Shown here: piece by piece, positions 9,801-19,077 of the stretch
Numbering within the stretch: the first letter of the stretch is position 1
Layout of the letters: every line of letters begins with the position of its first letter
Assembly (NCBI GenBank): GCA_048941265.1
Contig: JBHLNT010000042.1
Span: 1-27,692, forward strand
Length of the DNA stretch: 27,692 bases
Direction: 5' to 3'
Origin: Promethearchaeota archaeon
GTDB taxonomy: Archaea > Asgardarchaeota > Lokiarchaeia > Sigyniarchaeales > SOKP01
The notes under the pieces: model-generated
What the model saw: only the letters and a program-made list of their open reading frames with translations
Told to the model about the DNA's origin: nothing
Database searches by the model: none
Translations under genes and position numbers: made by a program

Positions 9801-11618
9801 TTAAGTGAGCCCTTCTTTTATTTTTCTCATTTTTTCGACATATTCTAAAGACTGATGGCGGAAATATGTATTGTAAAGAGCAGCATACTTACCACCCCGC
9901 GCCATTAATTCATCATGAGTACCCTCTTCAATTATTTTTCCATGATCCAAGACAATAATTCGATCCACATGTCGCACTGTCCAAAGGCGGTGCGCGATAA
10001 TTATCGAAGTTCGATTCTGAATTGTCTTTTCAAGTGCATCTTGAATTCGTGTTTCGGTAAAAGGATCAACAGAGGCAGTGGCTTCATCAAGTATAAGAAT
10101 TGATGGATTTTCTAATAATGTACGCGCGAAAACAACTAATTGGCGTTGTCCCATAGATAGTAAGCTTCCTCTTTCACGAATGTATGTATCTAATCCTTTC
10201 GACATCTCCTCAGTCCAATTAGAACCGCCTGCTTGTTTGAGTGCTAATATAATATTTTCTTTATCAGCTACTTCACAACAATACTTGATATTGTTTTCAA
10301 TAGTATCTGCCCATAAGAAAGGTGTCTGAGGGATAATCCCTATTTGTTTTCTATATTCCTTTAAATTAAATTCTCGGATGCTAGTATCATCAATCAGAAT
10401 GTCACCTTCTTGAAATTCATAGAATCTTGCTATTAATTTTGCAATTGTAGATTTACCAGCTCCAGTATGACCAACGATTGCTAACGATTCCCCCGGATTT
10501 ATGATAAGATTGAAATTTTCAAAAATATTTTCTCCTTCTTTATATTGAAAGGTAACATTTCTAAATTCAATCTTTCCTTTAAATTTAGGAGGATTCAAAT
10601 CATTATTTTGAATAACTACCGGTTTAGCATCAATGAGAGCAAATATCCTTTCAGAAGCTGCTAAACCTGCTTGAAATTGAGGCCAAAAAGCTGCTACAAT
10701 AAATAGAGGATATACTAAAATCCAAAGACTTTGTAGAAATAAAAATAAATCTCCAGGTTGTATTTGCCCATTTAAAATAGCAATTCCTCCATAATACATT
10801 AATAATACTAGGACTATCCCTTGAATAATCCCTAAAGAAGGAAATATAGCATTTAATACCCACGCCCTTCTCAAATTAACATTATAAGATTGAATATTCA
10901 CATCCTTAAATTTCTCATTTAATTTTTCTTCTTGCCTAAAAGTTTTAGCAATCTGAATACCAGATAAAATTTCTTTAACCATTTCGTTTACCGTTGCTAA
11001 AGCACGTTGACCCAAGAGAGTTTTTTTTCTAGCAAGTTTTCGAAAGAAAAAAGCAAGGATGAAAAATAAGGGAATTGCTAATACAAATGCAAAAAATAAT
11101 ATCAAATTAATGAATGCCATGTATACTAACAAAATACCTAAAATGAATATCGAAGAGATTACTTGATTAGCTAAATCCACCATATTTCCGAAATCTTGAC
11201 TATCTGAGTTAATTCGGCTAACTATCTTTCCGATAGGATTTTTGTCAAAAAAAGAGAGATCATGCTCTAATACAGCAGTTGCAGCATCCTTTCTTAGATC
11301 TAATAATACGTTACCTAACGCTTTAGCTGAATAATTCCAATTAAGATAATTGAACACATAGCTGAGTAGGTTAGAAATAAGAATAATAAATAATAATAGA
11401 ATTAAATTATTGGGATTTTGATTAATTGTTAAATCATTTAATAGAATAGCAGATAAAATGGGAACAAGCGCACTTACTAGAGATGAGAATATTAATGTTA
11501 TAATAACTATTGACATTTCTCTTTTATAAGGAAGAAAATAGGTAAAAATTCGATTTAATAATTCTTTATCACTATATTTTCTATCATACTCTTCTGCCTC
11601 CAATCCGATAAATGACAT
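9801..11618 (-). CDS. ABC exporter half-transporter, heterodimer subunit B, copy 2
   Basis: GHTGAGKS, LSMGQRQ, ILILDEATASVDPFTETRIQDALEKTI; a clear paralogue of 5893..7713. Confidence 0.95.
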   Translation of the reverse strand: MSFIGLEAEEYDRKYSDKELLNRIFTYFLPYKREMSIVIITLIFSSLVSALVPILSAILLNDLTINQNPNNLILLLFIILISNLLSYVFNYLNWNYSAKALGNVLLDLRKDAATAVLEHDLSFFDKNPIGKIVSRINSDSQDFGNMVDLANQVISSIFILGILLVYMAFINLILFFAFVLAIPLFFILAFFFRKLARKKTLLGQRALATVNEMVKEILSGIQIAKTFRQEEKLNEKFKDVNIQSYNVNLRRAWVLNAIFPSLGIIQGIVLVLLMYYGGIAILNGQIQPGDLFLFLQSLWILVYPLFIVAAFWPQFQAGLAASERIFALIDAKPVVIQNNDLNPPKFKGKIEFRNVTFQYKEGENIFENFNLIINPGESLAIVGHTGAGKSTIAKLIARFYEFQEGDILIDDTSIREFNLKEYRKQIGIIPQTPFLWADTIENNIKYCCEVADKENIILALKQAGGSNWTEEMSKGLDTYIRERGSLLSMGQRQLVVFARTLLENPSILILDEATASVDPFTETRIQDALEKTIQNRTSIIIAHRLWTVRHVDRIIVLDHGKIIEEGTHDELMARGGKYAALYNTYFRHQSLEYVEKMRKIKEGLT

Positions 11619-11621
11619 AAT

Positions 11622-13454
11622 TTATACCTCTTCCTTTAATAATTGTGTTACATCAACATCAAATCTTTTAATAAATATTTTCTGATATTCGTCTGAGGTT
11701 TTTAAGAGATCTTCATGGGTGCCTATTGCATCAATTTTTCCTTTTTTCAAAACTATTATTTTATCAGCCCATCGAATTTGACTTAATCGATGAGTGATGA
11801 GTATTGTGGTGCGATCTCTAAGAATATTATTAATCGCTTCTTGTATTTTATCTTCAGTTTCAGAATCAATTGCCGAGGTAGAGTCATCTAAAATTAAAAT
11901 CTTTGGATTAGCAAGGAAAGCTCTTGCTATAGCAATTCTCTGCCTTTCTCCACCACTTAATTGAACTCCTCTTTCTCCTACTTCTGAATTATATCCTTCA
12001 GGAAAATTTGAAATAAAATCATGTGCTTGTGCTTGTTTGGCAACCTCGATTACTTCTTCTAAAGAACTTCCTCTCCCAAATGAAATATTGTCAAAAATGG
12101 AGGTAGAAAATAAAAATACATCTTGTTCAATGTAGGAAATTTGACTTCTGAGAGATTTCAATGAATAATCTCGAATGTCTATATCATCAATAGTAATTCT
12201 ACCTTCTGAAACATCATATAACCGAGAAATCAATTTTGTTAATGTCGTTTTACCTGCCCCTGTAGCACCTACCACCGCAAGTGTTTGTCCGGGGTCTACC
12301 TCAAATGAAATGTTTTTTAATACAGGTTTAACATCATCTGGATATTTAAAAGTAACATCCTCAAATTTGATTTTTCCTTCAAGATCTTTTTGTTTCCCTT
12401 CTTTATTTTCATCTATTTCTGTTTCTTTATTCATAACTTCTAATAACCTGTTAGATGATGCTTGTGCTAATTTTACTAGTGCAAATATGAATATAGAAAT
12501 ATTAGTAGGAAAACGTAATAACGCAAATAAACCCATATAGGCAATAATTTCCCCTATTGTTAAAATCCCTTGATAATATAAATAAATTGATTGTGCTAAC
12601 CCAATAGTGATAGCAATTGCAAGTATTAAAAGTGGAGTATATTTTGCTTGAATTTTTCCTTCTTGCATATAAGCATCTCTATATTTTCGAGCATGAACTA
12701 GATATTTTTGGGATTGTCTGATCTCCTGAGCTGTACTTTTTATAAGTTCTATGCCAGTAAGACTTTCATTTAATTTGTCGTCCATTTCTCCAAATTCTGT
12801 CCGTAATTGCATAGTAACAGGACCTAATTTCCGATTATAATCTCTTAAAGCTATCAAAAATAAAATTGTAAAGATTAAAGGTGCTATTGCTAATTCACTT
12901 GGGTAAAAGATAATAATATAAATAATTGGAACCACTAAGGAGGAAAAAGACTCAAAAATTAAGGATAGTGCGGGACTTACTAAAAAATTTAACATTCTAA
13001 CGTCCTCAGTGGCACGAGCCATAATATCTCCCGTCTTTTGTTGCTCATGGAAAGATTGACTCTTTCCTAAAAGATTTTGCAAAAATTCTTTGCGGGTATC
13101 TCTCTCCATTCTTTGAGCAAGTACTTCTCTTAACATAAAATTAATTAATCTCAATATAGGGGTACCAATTCCAAGGATTAAAATCAATATAATATAATAT
13201 TGGAATCTTGATTGGTCTCCATTTAAAAAATCAGTAATTGCTAACCCTATAACAATCAAAATAAGAGAAGATAAATTAGCTGTAATAATTGTAGTGATAA
13301 ACACAATAATAACGATATATTTATTATTTTTATAAAATAAGTGTGCTAATATCCAAGATCTTACTCCCTTTTGGCGAGCTTTTATAAAAACGTCTTTTTC
13401 GGGGGAGAATTCGACATAGTGTTGATTATTTTCATTATTTTGATGGGTTTTCAT
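11622..13454 (-). CDS. ABC exporter half-transporter, heterodimer subunit A, copy 2
   Basis: GATGAGKT, LSGGERQR, ILILDDST; a clear paralogue of 7715..9553. Confidence 0.95.
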   Translation of the reverse strand: MKTHQNNENNQHYVEFSPEKDVFIKARQKGVRSWILAHLFYKNNKYIVIIVFITTIITANLSSLILIVIGLAITDFLNGDQSRFQYYIILILILGIGTPILRLINFMLREVLAQRMERDTRKEFLQNLLGKSQSFHEQQKTGDIMARATEDVRMLNFLVSPALSLIFESFSSLVVPIIYIIIFYPSELAIAPLIFTILFLIALRDYNRKLGPVTMQLRTEFGEMDDKLNESLTGIELIKSTAQEIRQSQKYLVHARKYRDAYMQEGKIQAKYTPLLILAIAITIGLAQSIYLYYQGILTIGEIIAYMGLFALLRFPTNISIFIFALVKLAQASSNRLLEVMNKETEIDENKEGKQKDLEGKIKFEDVTFKYPDDVKPVLKNISFEVDPGQTLAVVGATGAGKTTLTKLISRLYDVSEGRITIDDIDIRDYSLKSLRSQISYIEQDVFLFSTSIFDNISFGRGSSLEEVIEVAKQAQAHDFISNFPEGYNSEVGERGVQLSGGERQRIAIARAFLANPKILILDDSTSAIDSETEDKIQEAINNILRDRTTILITHRLSQIRWADKIIVLKKGKIDAIGTHEDLLKTSDEYQKIFIKRFDVDVTQLLKEEV

Positions 13455-13650
13455 TGAATATAATTCATGCTCTTTTAATTAGTTCTTCAGTTTTTATAAA
13501 TCCTTATCAGAAATCTTTTTGTATTAATTTAACAAATAAAAGAATATAATCTGAGATTTATTACACGATATAATTTTCAAATTTATGGATTATAAATTAT
13601 TAATATAGAAAAGCCTTTTGAGAGACTGGTTATAATTAAAAATTAAAGAT

Positions 13651-14628
13651 TCAAAAAAATAAAGAAATAGGTCCGTATATAATAATCGCTAACACGCCTG
13701 CCATCGGAAAGGTTAAGAGCCAAATTAAGATAATTTTCCATAGCCCTTTTTTCACTGGAGCATTTCGAGCTTTCGCTAATCCAACTAATGAAGCAACTAT
13801 CATATGAGATCCGGACAAAGGAATGCCTCGAATAGTTCCAATCAATAATATGATTGCTGTAGGTATCTCCGCTGAAAAAGCTGTGCTTGGATGCAATTCA
13901 GTAATTTTACTTAGATTTTTGATCACACCCCTTCCTAAAACTAAAATTCCACTTGCAAAACTTAGACCCGCAATAAATAAGAGTACATTAATATCAACAT
14001 TACCAACGCCTACCACGATTCCTACAGCATTTGAACAATCATTTCCCGCTCTTGAAAAAGCTGTTAAACATATGGAAGCGAGTAAGATATAAGCAAAAAT
14101 TCTTTCTATACGTTCAAAGTCTTGGAAGCTATTGAGTTTGTTAATTATGAATCTATGAATCATTTTATAAGTGAAATAAGTGACTATAAATCCTATTATC
14201 GGAGAAAGAATCCACCACAGAGCCATTTCAACTATAACTAACCAATTAACTCCTTCTGCTCCTCCTAAAAAAATTCCAATACCTATAATCGCACCAATAG
14301 TTGCGTGAGTAGTGCTGATTGGCAGTTCAAAATAAGAGGAGATTATTAACCATATCGCTGTAGAAACTAAGACTGTGATTACAATCGGAATGGTGATTTT
14401 AATATACAGTATATCGTGGCCTACCGTTTTACTGACAGCCTGCCCTAAGAAAAAGGCACCCATAATTGCGAAAATGGTTGCTAATATTAAAACCTCTTTC
14501 ATTGTGAGAGTTTTTGCCCCATAAATCGTAGCAAAAGTCTCATCATTGCCTCCTATAGCGAAAGCAATAAGTATCGAAAGCAATATAAAAACCATTAAAA
14601 TAGGAATTATCATCATTTCTTCCCTCAA
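13651..14628 (-). CDS. Inorganic phosphate transporter, PiT (PHO4) family
   Basis: PiT repeats 'AIGGNDETFATIYG' and 'RAGNDCSNAVG', plus 'LPISTTHATIGAIIGIG' and 'GIPLSGSH'. The true start is more likely ATG 14616 or 14613, after GAGGGA. Confidence 0.92.
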   Translation of the reverse strand: MREEMMIIPILMVFILLSILIAFAIGGNDETFATIYGAKTLTMKEVLILATIFAIMGAFFLGQAVSKTVGHDILYIKITIPIVITVLVSTAIWLIISSYFELPISTTHATIGAIIGIGIFLGGAEGVNWLVIVEMALWWILSPIIGFIVTYFTYKMIHRFIINKLNSFQDFERIERIFAYILLASICLTAFSRAGNDCSNAVGIVVGVGNVDINVLLFIAGLSFASGILVLGRGVIKNLSKITELHPSTAFSAEIPTAIILLIGTIRGIPLSGSHMIVASLVGLAKARNAPVKKGLWKIILIWLLTFPMAGVLAIIIYGPISLFF

Positions 14629-14633
14629 AAATT

Positions 14634-15290
14634 TTATCTACTTGGATATTTAATGATCAATCCTCTGAAATAATCGGAGAGCTCCTCTGCTGCAGATATT
14701 ATATCATAAATAAGCGATATGATCTTCCATGTAAGATTTACTCGCATGGGTTCATCAGTTTTTTGGAAAATAATATTAAGCATTTTAAACTTTAGGTTAT
14801 GTGCTTCCCGTCTTAATTTTTCAACTTCGAAAGTAATTTCATACGCTGCTGAAAAACTCGTCTCCATAAGTAGGCTACAGTTTAATAATTGGTTAATTAT
14901 ATCGAAAGATAATTTATTTAATGAGTTTAGATCTTTTCTAAGTTCCGGATAAACCTCGAAGGGATAAACTTGTAAATAACGTGATAAAAACTCATATCTA
15001 TTAACAATCTTATCTAATGAGGTAATGATTTTATATCTGTCTTCTACTAAAAACGGCAATGCACGTTTTTCCTTAAATAGAATTCCAATATATTTTTCCT
15101 TCAACCGGTCGCATTTTTTTTCGTATAAAATAATTTCTTGAAATTTTTGATCAGCTTCAGGATCAATCAATTTGTTATCAATAAAGTCGCTTAGATAAAA
15201 AAATAACTTTTCTGCCCCATTACGAATTTCCTCTTGAAATTCAGTATTAAGATCATCTAATTTTACTTTCTTCTCCTTCAAGTTTTTCAC
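14634..15290 (-). CDS. DUF47 / PhoU-like phosphate transport regulator
   Basis: 218-aa helical protein with 'EKKCDRLK', 'LPFLVEDR' and 'DIISAAEELSD', immediately upstream of PiT in the canonical DUF47-PiT arrangement. Confidence 0.85.
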   Translation of the reverse strand: MKNLKEKKVKLDDLNTEFQEEIRNGAEKLFFYLSDFIDNKLIDPEADQKFQEIILYEKKCDRLKEKYIGILFKEKRALPFLVEDRYKIITSLDKIVNRYEFLSRYLQVYPFEVYPELRKDLNSLNKLSFDIINQLLNCSLLMETSFSAAYEITFEVEKLRREAHNLKFKMLNIIFQKTDEPMRVNLTWKIISLIYDIISAAEELSDYFRGLIIKYPSR

Positions 15291-15386
15291 TTTACTATAT
15301 TATATATAGGATAAAATTAAATGATTCAATTAAAATGCTTCTATAAATTTGATACTAAAGACGATTAAAGATTAGAAATTTCTATT

Positions 15387-16847
15387 TTAATTTCTTGATT
15401 GTTTATCATTTTTAAAGACATTTTGATAATACCATTCTTTTAGATCTTCTATTTTTAATGTTTTATATTCTAAGAGAAGTTCTCCTTTCGCATCGGATTC
15501 AATTTTTTTAAATAATTCGTGACAGATATCAGGATTATCCTCTGCCACATCATAATTCCAGTCAGGATCTTTTCTTAAGTTAAATAATTTTTGTTTAGAT
15601 TTATCATTAGATGTGATAAAAGCATATTGATTATCTTTATACAAAGTGTGTAAACCATATCCGCATGTAATATAATCTCGATTAGTAATTAATTGATCTT
15701 TCCCTTCAACAAAAATCGATAGATCAATTCCCTCAAACACATCCGGCTTTTCTTTATTGAGAAAACCAAACAAAGTTGGCAAGATATCATGAACATATAC
15801 ATAGGGTTTTTTAATTAGTTTTGGACCATTAACCCCATCCGGAGGTTTAATTATAAGGGGAATATCAACTACTTCGGGATACATATAGTTTGGCATTTTT
15901 CCAACAATGTTGTGTTCACCAATACAATGACCATGATCGCTCATAAGAATAATTAAAGATTCTTCATATAATTCCATTTGTTTTAATTCATTGATGAAAT
16001 GACCAAACCAGTAATCACACATCGAAACTTCTCCCGCATAGCACGCTCTTAAATAGTTTAATTCCCCATCAGTAATGCAATTTAGATTATCATTATAAAT
16101 GGGTTGTATGATTTTTGCTCCGGAATAGCCTTTGTCAACATACATGTCTAAATATTTTGGCGAGGGATCCCATGGTTCATGAGGATCGAACTCGTCAAGT
16201 ATACTAAAGACGTTTTGAAAGTTTCTCGTATCTTTAACAAATTGAATAGCTTTAGTAAAAGTTTGGGCTGGAAAGTAATCATCTTCAGTTATTCTATCTT
16301 GGACGTTTCTAAAATACATTTCTAACACTATTCTTTGATACTTTTTTATCCCACGATGCTTTTTTGTTGCGATACTATGCTCATCTAGAAGTTCATTAAT
16401 TTCAGATTCATCTTTAAGCAAATTAGCCCTGAATTTATCTAACTCTTGTCCTCTTATCCAATGAAATTGATCAAATCCTAAATGAAAGTTCATATTTGGT
16501 TTAAATTGATGGAAAGTACTAGTTATAAGAGATGTTGTATAATGAAAACTTTTCATATATTCCCCTATATGTTTTTGGTAAGGCGGAATTGGAAACCAAC
16601 CGGGATCCGAGACAAAATCATCCGTCCTAAGAATTTTCATGTCTTGATTAAATGGAAATGTTCTTATTCCAGTATGAATTGCTCTTCGAACTGGAATAGT
16701 TGCAAGGGATTCTGGATATGCGTTATCGAATACGATTGAATCTTTTGCCAAAGCATCAAAATTTGGCGTTTTAATCCAATTGTTCCCATATGTTCTACCA
16801 GTATGGTCCTTGCGTAAAGTATCAAATATAATCAGAAAAATCTTCAT
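15387..16847 (-). CDS. Sulfatase-like / alkaline phosphatase superfamily hydrolase with Thr at the nucleophile position
   Basis: Motifs 'IIFDTLRKDH', 'TPNFDALA', 'T-I-P-V-R-R-A-I-H-T-G', 'DPHEPW' and 'MSDHGH'. Confidence 0.88.
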   Translation of the reverse strand: MKIFLIIFDTLRKDHTGRTYGNNWIKTPNFDALAKDSIVFDNAYPESLATIPVRRAIHTGIRTFPFNQDMKILRTDDFVSDPGWFPIPPYQKHIGEYMKSFHYTTSLITSTFHQFKPNMNFHLGFDQFHWIRGQELDKFRANLLKDESEINELLDEHSIATKKHRGIKKYQRIVLEMYFRNVQDRITEDDYFPAQTFTKAIQFVKDTRNFQNVFSILDEFDPHEPWDPSPKYLDMYVDKGYSGAKIIQPIYNDNLNCITDGELNYLRACYAGEVSMCDYWFGHFINELKQMELYEESLIILMSDHGHCIGEHNIVGKMPNYMYPEVVDIPLIIKPPDGVNGPKLIKKPYVYVHDILPTLFGFLNKEKPDVFEGIDLSIFVEGKDQLITNRDYITCGYGLHTLYKDNQYAFITSNDKSKQKLFNLRKDPDWNYDVAEDNPDICHELFKKIESDAKGELLLEYKTLKIEDLKEWYYQNVFKNDKQSRN

Positions 16848-17144
16848 AATTGAGTAGAACTATTACTTAGTTGTTATTAATTTTTACATTTCAGCATGTT
16901 TTTAATCTGTTTTAAGAAAATCCCAGCGACAAAAATCGGATATTAATAATAATATGATGCAATTTAAGTTATCATAAATTTAAACCGCCATAAATTATCA
17001 AATTTCTCAAATATCTAAAATATCAAGTATAGTCTTAAAATTATTAATCCATTAATATAATATTAACATCTTAATAGCTCACTCTATATTTATATAGATT
17101 TTATAAGGAGTTTATTTAAATAGCAGAGTTTTTATATTATAATT

Positions 17145-17294
17145 ATGGCCAAATTTGATATTGCCTATGACATAGGATTAGAAGAACTGTATGATAAGGT
17201 CAGAATGCAAATATGGATAAATGAAGAATTACAACTTCAGCCTAAGTCAATACAAGAAACAATAATTAGGACTTACCAAGAACTTAATAGGTAA
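17145..17294 (+). CDS. Small hypothetical protein (49 aa), not in the ORF track
   Basis: MAKFDIAYDIGLEELYDKVRMQIWINEELQLQPKSIQETIIRTYQELNR*. TATA-like TTTATTTAAA at 17111-17120 and a hairpin plus T-run just downstream. Confidence 0.55.
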   Translation: MAKFDIAYDIGLEELYDKVRMQIWINEELQLQPKSIQETIIRTYQELNR

Positions 17295-17300
17295 TATTCA

Positions 17301-17321
17301 GTCATTCAGTGACCTTTTTTT
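17301..17321 (+). terminator. Short hairpin plus T-tract after the 49-aa ORF
   Basis: GTCAT-TCA-GTGAC followed by CTTTTTTT. Confidence 0.4.
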
Positions 17322-17729
17322 AATTACTATTCAATTCCTTATCGTCCTGAAGTTCATTTTATATTGATTCTAATATAATACTTGAAAATTCCAAAATGTA
17401 AACGATTTATAATCTTGTTTAAGGCCCAATTTTTCTAATATAACTAATATATATTTCCACTTTTTATCTTGTTTTCTAATTTTAAATTAAACTGCTCATT
17501 TTCTTTATAAGAGGAATGGTATATATTGAACATTATTCAGTGAAAAACGCTAAGGATATACATTGTTCATTGTTCTTACTTTTTATTAACAATTATGAAA
17601 AGATTCTTAAAAATTATGAAAAAGTTTTTAAACTTAAAATCAATATAAATTATAAGTTATATTAATCGTAGAAATATATATTAAATATATATTTTCGACA
17701 AAAATATAAATTTAATAAGTTGGTAGAAA

Positions 17730-19076
17730 TTGACAATTCAAGACATTGTACTCTTTCCAGGCTGTATGATATCATACCGTTTGCCCTTTATTGAAGTGTC
17801 AGTAAGAAAAGCATTGGACTTTTTTGGAATTCAATTTACAGAAAATCTAAACTTTAGTTGTTGTCCCGAACCGAATGGAATCAAAAATACTAACGAGTTA
17901 TTATATTCTGTAACTGCTGCTAGAAACCTCGCAATTGCCGAATTAGAAGGGAGAGATATTTTAACCCCATGTAATGGTTGTTTTGAAACTTTAAAAGGGA
18001 TACGGAGTGAGATTAAAACAGATTCCCATTTTCGAGCTAAAATTAATTCTTATCTTAATAAGATTGATTTAAATGTTAGTGGAGAAAAAGATGTCTATCA
18101 TTTAGTTGAATTTTTTCACAAATTAGGAAAAGATACAATTAAAGACAATATTGAATATCCTTTAACTGGCTTAAGAGTTGCAGTTCATTACGGGTGTCAT
18201 TTTCTCAGGCCTAGTGAAAAAATCCAAATGGATGATCCGATGGAGCCTCACTTTTTTGATACACTAATTGAAGATCTCGGGGCAAAGAGTGTTGATTATG
18301 ATCGTAAAATGGATTGTTGTGGAGGTAGTCTTGCCAGAGCGGATAATCCAGATTCTGGAATGGAGCAAATTCATACAAAGTTAGAAGCGATGAAAGATGC
18401 AAGAATCGATTGTATTGTTGTTGGTTGCCCCCAATGTTTTATTCAATTTGATCACCTCCAACAAGACTTGAAAAAATTGGATTATGAGTATGATATTCCT
18501 GTGCTATATTATTCTGAACTTTTATGTATAGCATTGGGAATTGATATCAGAGAGATTCTTGAAAAATATCATCGAACTCAAGTTAAGAGTGTTTTTGAGA
18601 AGGTGGATCTTATCCATCAAAAAAATGAAGAGATCAAAAAATATTTTGATGTCGAATTTTTAAAAAAATGTTATTCCTGTGGGGCATGCAATAATGATTG
18701 CCCTATAGCGAAAATATCAGATTTTGATCCAAACGAAATAATTGGAAAAATTCTTGATGGGAAAATAGATAAGGTAATAAAAGACCCTCTAATTTGGATG
18801 TGTCTTGATTGTTATGTGTGCTATGAATTGTGCCCCATGAGAGTAGGTTTAGTGGAAGTTTTTACAAAGCTAAGAAATTTAGCAAGAGAAAAGGGGTATA
18901 TTACAAAGGGATTTAAAGGAGAATTTGATTCTTTTAAAAAGATGGGAACAGTTGCGATGTTTTCTCATTCAGCCAGAAAGAGAGTCGGTTTGGAATCCGC
19001 TAAACCAGAACTAAGTGATTTAAAAAAATTAATCAGTGAGATAGAAAAAGAAAAGGAGATGGAAGGGAGTAGCTAA
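17730..19076 (+). CDS. hdrBC: Heterodisulfide reductase HdrB-HdrC fusion-like protein (two CCG domains plus a 2x[4Fe-4S] domain)
   Basis: HdrB motifs FPGC, SCCPEP, TPCNGCF, HYGCHFLRP, DCCGG and GCPQCFIQFD. C-terminal HdrC motifs CYSCGACNNDCP and CLDCYVCYELCP. TTG start. Confidence 0.88.
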   Translation: MTIQDIVLFPGCMISYRLPFIEVSVRKALDFFGIQFTENLNFSCCPEPNGIKNTNELLYSVTAARNLAIAELEGRDILTPCNGCFETLKGIRSEIKTDSHFRAKINSYLNKIDLNVSGEKDVYHLVEFFHKLGKDTIKDNIEYPLTGLRVAVHYGCHFLRPSEKIQMDDPMEPHFFDTLIEDLGAKSVDYDRKMDCCGGSLARADNPDSGMEQIHTKLEAMKDARIDCIVVGCPQCFIQFDHLQQDLKKLDYEYDIPVLYYSELLCIALGIDIREILEKYHRTQVKSVFEKVDLIHQKNEEIKKYFDVEFLKKCYSCGACNNDCPIAKISDFDPNEIIGKILDGKIDKVIKDPLIWMCLDCYVCYELCPMRVGLVEVFTKLRNLAREKGYITKGFKGEFDSFKKMGTVAMFSHSARKRVGLESAKPELSDLKKLISEIEKEKEMEGSS

Positions 19077-19077
19077 C

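Noticed and set aside
7154-16739. Short ORFs overlapping the ABC, PiT, DUF47 and sulfatase genes (7154, 8341, 8748, 8949, 9915, 10078, 10651, 12175, 13823, 14719, 16482)
   Set aside because: Antisense or out-of-frame shadows inside well-supported genes.
17730-19076. Evidence of methanogenesis from the Hdr-like gene
   Set aside because: HdrBC homologues are widespread in non-methanogens, and no mcr or mtr genes are in the window.
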